Notes under the pieces: model-generated
Databases searched by the model: none
What the model was told of the DNA's origin: nothing
The model's input: only the letters and a program-made list of their open reading frames with translations
Part shown: positions 57,941 to 64,000 of the stretch, in pieces
Position numbering within the stretch: position 1 is the first letter of the stretch
Layout: every line of letters starts with the position of its first letter
Origin: Planktothrix sp. GU0601_MAG3
GTDB lineage: Bacteria > Cyanobacteriota > Cyanobacteriia > Cyanobacteriales > Microcoleaceae
DNA length: 64,000 nucleotides
Direction: 5' to 3'
NCBI GenBank assembly: GCA_035193785.1
Contig: CP136572.1
Location: forward strand, 1 to 64,000
Position numbers and translations under genes: made by a program

Positions 57941-58799
57941 ATGACAACAACAGCATGGATTTTTCCGGGTCAGGGTTCACAAAAAATTGGCATGGGTGCT
58001 GATTTATTTGAACAGTCTGAACATCAAGAACGATTAAAATTAGCAGAAAAAATTCTGGGTTGGTCTGTTCCTGAAATTTGTCAACATCCTGAAGATAAAA
58101 TATCTCAAACTTTATATACACAACCGGGTCTATATGTGGTTGAAAGCCTATTAGTTGATCAGTTAAAACAACAAGGACAATCCCCCGATTATCTTGCGGG
58201 TCATAGTTTGGGTGAATATGTGGCTTTGTATACGGCGGGAGTCTTTGATTTTGAAACGGGTTTAAAATTGGTTCAATGTCGGGCTGAATTAATGAATAGT
58301 GCGGCGGGGGGAAAAATGGCGGCGTTAATTGGGTTTGATCGGGAACAACTGGATCAACAAATTCAACAAACCCCAAATATTGTTCTGGCGAATGATAATA
58401 GTGCCGCCCAGGTGGTAATTTCTGGAACCCCAGAAGCCGTTGATCAGGTCTTAGCTAATATTCAAGTCAAACGGGCGGTAAAATTAAACGTTTCCGGTGC
58501 ATTTCACTCCCCCTTAATGCAGGAATCAGCCACACAATTTCAACAAATTTTAGACGGAATTTCCTTTAATAATGCCAAAATTCCCGTCCTATCAAATGTT
58601 GATCCCACACCAATAACCGATGCGACACTATTAAAACAACGGCTCACCGAACAAATGACCGGTTTCTGTGCGATGGCGAGAAATTTGTTTACAATTATCA
58701 ACATTAGGGGTTAAACAAGTTGTAGAAATTGGCCCTGGAAACGTCCTTACGGGCTTAATGAAGCGGACTTGTCCCGAAATTCTGTTACAAAACATCTAA
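57941..58799 (+). CDS. fabD: Malonyl-CoA:ACP transacylase (extra base at 58662)
   Basis: FPGQGSQ; GHSLGE; SGAFHS; EIGPG after correction. Confidence 0.95.
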
Positions 58800-58873
58800 C
58801 AACCGTTGTTGCGCAATCTTAGAGGCACTCATCCCAACAACGGGGAATATTAACCAGACTCACGGAAAATACC

Positions 58874-59660
58874 TTGAATTTTCTCCAACCCACTGCTCCC
58901 AGACCCAATTTACCCCTATTCCTATTTTTCCCTGGAATGGATGGAACAGGTCAACTATTCACAGTTCAAATTCCTCGGTTAATGGATGCGTTTGAAATTC
59001 GTTGTTTAACTATTCCTCAAACCGATCAATCGGACTGGGAAACCTTAGTTAAAAAAACCATAGATTTAATTGAAATAGAACGGAAAAACAACCCCAAACG
59101 GGAGATTTATTTATGTGGAGAATCCTTTGGGGGATGTTTGGCTTTATTAGTGGCAATTTTTGCCCCCCATTGGTTTAGTCGTTTAATTTTAGTTAATCCT
59201 GCTTCATCTATTAAACAACAACCTTGGTTACAATGGGGTTCCTATTTAACCCAATGGGTTCCCGATTGGTTTTATCCCAGTTCTGTTGTTGGTTTATTGC
59301 CTTTTCTCGCTTCTTTGGGAAGGATTGAAGCCTCAGAAACGTCAAGCTCTATTAACAGCAATGAAGTCTGTTCCTCAAGGAACTTCAGCTTGGCGATTGG
59401 AATTATTACGATTGTTTCAACCGAACAAATCCGATCTGAGTCGGGTTAAGATTCCGGTTTTAGTAATTGCTAGTGGCGCTGATAGATTATTACCTTCAGT
59501 GTTAGAAGCCAAATTTTTAACCCAAACTTTACCTAATGCTCAAATGGTGGTTTTACCCGATAGCGGTCATGCTTGTTTGTTGGAAAATGATATTGATTTA
59601 TATGCACTAATTCAGGCTTATAGTGTTTCTGAAGAATGCGATCGCCTGGTTCAATGTTAG
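58874..59660 (+). CDS. Alpha/beta hydrolase (extra base at 59336)
   Basis: PGMDGTG; GESFGG; DRLLP; SGHACL. Confidence 0.85.
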
Positions 59661-59779
59661 AGGTAATGGGGATCACGGATTAAAGAGGATTTCACGGATT
59701 TCACGGATTTGAATCTGTGTTAATCGGCATCATCCTCTTAAATTAGTGATCGGTAATGGGTAATGAACTGATGACTGAT

Positions 59780-60535
59780 TTAGGGTCTAACATAACTCAA
59801 TCGAGCTAAGAAAGAGGGTGGTTTTAAATGGGTAACTACCCGATTTAAGGGTAAAATCCGCATTTGATTATGGTGCATCACATTCACTTGATACACCTTT
59901 TTATTTGTAATATCTAGTCCCGTTAACCAACCGCTTTTAGCATGATAAACCCCCGTATCAATGCCTAACCATCCCTGACCTTGAACTAACTGTCCCGGTT
60001 CAATATCATCAAAGGTAAAGGTAATGGTATGACCAACAATAATTAACTTGTCCGCAAAATAGGGTTTAGGGATGTTATGAAATTCTCGCCGTATCCAACA
60101 AAATTCTTCCTCATTTTGTTCTTTAATTGACATTTTGGGATTCACCCCCGCATGAACCAGCCAAACATCCCCTAAATCTAAATATAGGGGCAAAGAAGCC
60201 ATCCAATGAACGTGATCCCGAGGAATAATTCCTAAATCCTGATAACTGGTAATTGTCGTCAAACCGCCACTATATAACCAAGCTTGCCACGCTTGGGGAT
60301 TTTTTCCTTCATCGGGCAACGCATTTAACATCAGTTGCTCATGGTTGCCCCGTAAACATTGATAGGGACTATTTTTGACAAAATTAACCACTTGGGCACT
60401 TTTCGGCCCACGATCGATTAAATCCCCCAAAAAATAAACCTGATCATTTGTACCCGGAGCAATTCGATCTAATAAAGTCATTAGCCCGTCATAATGCCCG
60501 TGTACGTCGCCAATAACAATGCGTCGAGTCAGCAT
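59780..60535 (-). CDS. Metallophosphoesterase (PPP Ser/Thr phosphatase-like)
   Basis: GDVHG; GDLIDRG; RGNHE; GHT. Confidence 0.9.
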   Translation of the reverse strand: MLTRRIVIGDVHGHYDGLMTLLDRIAPGTNDQVYFLGDLIDRGPKSAQVVNFVKNSPYQCLRGNHEQLMLNALPDEGKNPQAWQAWLYSGGLTTITSYQDLGIIPRDHVHWMASLPLYLDLGDVWLVHAGVNPKMSIKEQNEEEFCWIRREFHNIPKPYFADKLIIVGHTITFTFDDIEPGQLVQGQGWLGIDTGVYHAKSGWLTGLDITNKKVYQVNVMHHNQMRILPLNRVVTHLKPPSFLARLSYVRP

Positions 60536-60581
60536 TTTTTATTTAATTACACACACTATAAGGTGTTCTTCAAAATAGAAA

Positions 60582-61325
60582 TTATCGACTTAAGGCGCGA
60601 ATAAAACTCTGAAGTCCAGATAAAACACCTTTTTTCGGCCGTTGGACAGTTGGCACCGCTGACGAGTCACCCCCCTGAGTCGCCTGTGCCAGAATCAAAT
60701 CCAATTCATCGCCGACGGGTTTTGTTGGTTGTTCAGTGATTAACTGGTACTGTCCATCGACTTCTAACCAAACTTCCCACATCGAAGGATAACAACGTCT
60801 GAGGGCTGCACCTTCTAGGGACTTGAGGTAATAACAAGACTCAATGGTCTTGATAAACCGTTCTCGTAACTGACGAGCAGCATATCCTATTCCTATAATA
60901 GCAATATCTTCAAGTTTAGGGTTCAGTAAAATCACTGGACGATCTCCGGCCAATTGAGATAATTTTTCCATCTGAGCTACTTCCACCGCCGAAGGAGATA
61001 CAACTAAAAATTGTTGATCTTCTGCTTCTAATCGAGTTTCAACTGGAGAACGAGAAGTACCTAAATCTGTTACCCGAAAAGATGTTTGTCCCCAGTCTCG
61101 ACGGGCTAAAGCGGCGGCTCCGGTATCGGGAAATAATACAACTAATCGACTATCGGGTTTTTGAATAACTGGAATAAATTCTTGGGCAATAGATTGAGCT
61201 TCTAGTTCAATTTCGGGAAAGACTAATTCGATTTGAATTAACTTATAACCATCATCTAAGGCGGCTTTAGTTGCTTGTTTTGCCTGTTCAATTGCCGATG
61301 CTAAACTGTTGGGTAATTCGGGCAT
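60582..61325 (-). CDS. DUF1995 family protein
   Basis: FPDTGAAALARRDW; GIGYAARQLRERF. Confidence 0.85.
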   Translation of the reverse strand: MPELPNSLASAIEQAKQATKAALDDGYKLIQIELVFPEIELEAQSIAQEFIPVIQKPDSRLVVLFPDTGAAALARRDWGQTSFRVTDLGTSRSPVETRLEAEDQQFLVVSPSAVEVAQMEKLSQLAGDRPVILLNPKLEDIAIIGIGYAARQLRERFIKTIESCYYLKSLEGAALRRCYPSMWEVWLEVDGQYQLITEQPTKPVGDELDLILAQATQGGDSSAVPTVQRPKKGVLSGLQSFIRALSR

Positions 61326-61372
61326 AATTTAAAATTTATTAATGATTAACTGTTGTTGAAAAAATGAGTGGA

Positions 61373-61534
61373 GATCCCCCTAAATCCCATTAAAAAGGGG
61401 GACTTTGAAGTCTATTGCCCCGCTTTTTAGTCTGAAACCCCTATGTGCATCCTGGTTTTGATCCCCCTAAATCCCCATTAAAAAGGGGGACTTTGAAGTC
61501 TACTTCCCCCCTTCTCAATGGGTTAGGGGGGATC
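61373..61534. repeat. Cyanobacterial GATCCCCCTAAATCCC..AAAAAGGGGGACTTT palindromic repeat, two direct copies plus an inverted end
   Basis: Copies at 61373 and 61460. Confidence 0.75.
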
Positions 61535-61556
61535 TCAAGGTCTGTGTATAATTCCC

Positions 61557-62730
61557 CTAACATCTTGCTAATGCTACACAGGGAATCAAACGCTTGAGGA
61601 CTTGTTTCACAACCATGGCTGTCCAATCAATATCGGCTTCGGTGGTATCCCGTCCTAGGGTAAAACGAATCCCCCCTAATGCGGTGATTTCGTCATATCC
61701 CATTGCCAATAAAATCGGGCTGGGACTAAGTTTGCCACTACTACAGGCCGAACCTGCACTAATACCAATTCCGGCTAAATTCAGTTGACGGACTAGGGTT
61801 TTTCCCGTCAAGGTGGCGGGGTTGATGTGTTTTGGGGCAACACAGAAACTAACATGATGGGGTAAACGATTTAAACGATCGCCTGTGGGTAATAAATACG
61901 GCACATCGGCTAATAAGTCAAATAGGCGATCGCGTAACCTCATTAACCGAGACGTTTCTGTTACCATATCCTGGGCCGCTAATTGGCAAGCTAACCCAAA
62001 TCCGGCCAGGGTGGGAACTCCCTGTGTCCCAGAGCGCAGTTGAAATTCCTGTCCACCTCCAGCTAACAAAGGGGTTAACCTCACCCCATCCCGCACATAT
62101 AAAGCCCCCGCACCTTGGGGGCCATATAATTTATGACTGGACAGGGATAATAAATCAACGGGTAACTGCTGCATATCCAGGGGTAAACGTCCCGCCACCT
62201 GTACCGCATCGGTATGAAATAAAGCCCCGTGAGCATGGGCAATTTTGCCTAGGGTTTCAATCGGTTGCAGTGTCCCTACTTCGCTCTGGCCATAAATAAT
62301 CGAGACTAAAACCGTATTCGGTTGCATCGCCGCCTGTAAGTCCAGGGGGTGAATGCGTCCGCGATTATCGACGGGTAAGCGGGTAATTTGCCATCCCCAT
62401 TCTTCCAGCAGTTTTGCGGGTTCAGAAATGGCCGAATGTTCCACCGCAGAAATAATCAGATGTTGGGGTTGGGAATATTGACGGGCGACCCCCAGAATGG
62501 CCAGATTATCGGCTTCGGTTTCCCCCGGAGGTAAAAATAATTGATTCCGGTGGAGCGTTAATCAGATGGGCTACCTGTATTCTCGAGCGCTCTAAAACCA
62601 TGGCGGCTCTGTTACCCCACTCATGAATACTAGAAGGATTTCCCCAATTTTCAGTCATTACCGTTTGCATGAGGGTGATCACTTCTGCACGGGGGGGAGT
62701 GGTTGCGCTATGATCGAGGTAAATTTGCAT
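61557..62730 (-). CDS. IscS/NifS-family cysteine desulfurase (extra base at 62518)
   Basis: YLDHSATT; GNPSS; HTDAVQ; SSHKLYGP; SAGSACSS. Confidence 0.93.
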
Positions 62731-62811
62731 AGATTTTTATCAATCAAAAGTTGAATTTTGTTTTCCGCAAGCACAATTAAAAATCGTTAGAATTGAGAGG
62801 ATTTGGGTTAA

Positions 62812-63213
62812 TTAATCTCCCGGTTTACAAACGTTGTAATCTTCGTGAGAAAGAACTTTTTGAGGAACTAATAAATTACCGCTATCTTGACAAAGCATTC
62901 GATAATTTCGGGTTACGGGAATACTGATAATAAAACGATTATGGCGCAGTCGCTTCCCTCCAAAGTCCCGATAACTTTTCTGGTCACTTAAGCCCGCCAG
63001 AATAGCCCGGGCTTTAATTACGACATAATCGGGTAAGCCTCTCAGGTTAATAATATCCTGAGCAAAGGAGGCTTCCCATTCTAGTTTTTTGGTTCGTTTG
63101 TCCTCCATAGCCTGACTGTGGGAATCTTGCGTCACCTCTTGTTGATTACAACGATGACAGATTTTCCCATATCCTTTATGGCCACAGGGAAATGTCCTCT
63201 TTCGTTTTGGCAT
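62812..63213 (-). CDS. Zn-binding protein with a possible RelE/ParE-like C-terminal fold
   Basis: FPCGH..CHRC; ISIPVTRNYRML..SHEDYN. Confidence 0.6.
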   Translation of the reverse strand: MPKRKRTFPCGHKGYGKICHRCNQQEVTQDSHSQAMEDKRTKKLEWEASFAQDIINLRGLPDYVVIKARAILAGLSDQKSYRDFGGKRLRHNRFIISIPVTRNYRMLCQDSGNLLVPQKVLSHEDYNVCKPGD

Positions 63214-63686
63214 AGCACAGCATTGAGGGTGATTACCCGCGCCTACAAGCTCTGAGCCAGTGCTTACGGCGCTCACAGACTGTTACGTCTTTTTCCGTCG
63301 GTGGCTTGGCAGAAATTAAGTTAATCTCGTCCTATTAATAGATTACCTGAATCATGAAGCTAGGCAATGGGCAATAGGCAATGGGTTTTAGAAAAATGGG
63401 CAATGGACAATAGTTATTGATTTTTTGATTATTATCTAAAATCTCGGTTAAAAATCAATTTTTATTTTACTCTATCAGGAGGTAAATTGACTTTAGAAAT
63501 TACAGAGATCAAAATATTTTAATTATCTAAAATTCCGGTTGAGTTTAGGCTAAACTATTTATATCCTGATATCTATAATTTTTAAATACTCTGTAAAATT
63601 GGCAAGATGCCAGTTCAAGTTTCTGTAAAGTTTTTTAACTTATTGTAGTATAAATACTTATCTGGGCGACCCTATAGATTATAGAT

Positions 63687-63833
63687 ATGCTGAATCTTCC
63701 TGATGTGACGATTATTTCCCAAATCTATGAAAGTGCAAACTCCCTAGTCTATTCAGATTTAGAAAAATGTCTGAATCAACTTCAGGATACTGGGAATATA
63801 TCAAATTTTGTTCTAGGCGATAAAGATTTATAA
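63687..63833 (+). pseudogene. Collapsed remnant of a Ser/Thr kinase-AAA multisensor (HstK-like) gene
   Basis: QIYESANSLVY N-terminus joined to the post-kinase DLEKCLNQLQ.TG.I..F.LG..D segment. Confidence 0.55.
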
Positions 63834-64000
63834 GAAACGCTGTCAATAGTTAGTATAACAAAAAAATCCCAATTTTTTTATGGTTGTGCATCAAATCATT
63901 AAGATATCCTTGCGGTTGGGTTTAACCATCTGGTTAACTTTTGGTTTAGATGGTTGTGTTAAAACTTCCTCTCAATCGGTCTTAAAACCCCCTTTAGAAC

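Noticed and set aside
12878..62730. Mass pseudogenisation or programmed frameshifting in dnaE, polA, clpC, fabD, fabH, plsX and menD
   Set aside because: These genes are essential or highly conserved, and all breaks share one GAAC/GTTC insertion context, so systematic read error explains them better
61557..62730. Cysteine desulfurase as dndA
   Set aside because: No dndBCDE nearby; looks like the housekeeping IscS/NifS-family gene
57785..63410. Short heptamer/nonamer tandem repeats (CCTGTTC near 57857, CACGGATTT near 59693, GGCAATG near 63363)
   Set aside because: Common STRR-type intergenic repeats of filamentous cyanobacteria
10304..64000. Scattered GCGATCGC octamers
   Set aside because: Ordinary HIP1 background for cyanobacteria

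Overview
Chromosomal window from a filamentous cyanobacterium. Planktothrix-like Oscillatoriales is my inference from HIP1 GCGATCGC sites, AGAAACCSGGTTTCT and CAGGACTTACGCA repeats and gene content. Bases 1 to about 10.25 kb are the right part of a prophage-like integrated element. It has a leftward operon of small ORFs including an HNH nuclease, a hidden Cro/XRE HTH gene, and a mirror-symmetric divergent promoter switch. Its rightward operon encodes a PatX/PatS-like RGSGR peptide, ASCH, DUF3102, a DnaB_N-AAA helicase with an internal CGATCG-rich putative origin, and a tyrosine integrase. The rest is mostly housekeeping: UvrD-family helicase, dnaE, menD, yebC, S8 protease, bolA-grx, nrrA, radical SAM, clpC, polA, GH116, ABC transporter, pucC-like, cheB, dacB, plsX-fabH-fabD, iscS/nifS. 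Main findings: (1) the element carries a small membrane/secreted peptide with HRGSGR and RGDGR motifs, a possible mimic of the host HetR inhibitor PatX; (2) dnaE reads as one gene in which the normally split DnaE intein is fused in cis, next to a second endonuclease-bearing intein; (3) 26 frameshifts in otherwise intact genes are +1 insertions turning GAAC/GTTC into GAAAC/GTTTC, and cheB fits a +2 insertion at such a site, so they are probably read errors at modified DNA, and GAAC/GTTC is the known Dnd phosphorothioate motif; (4) a 22-bp palindrome occurs four times in the element, always in the transcribed orientation. Family assignments come from motif recognition, not database searches.
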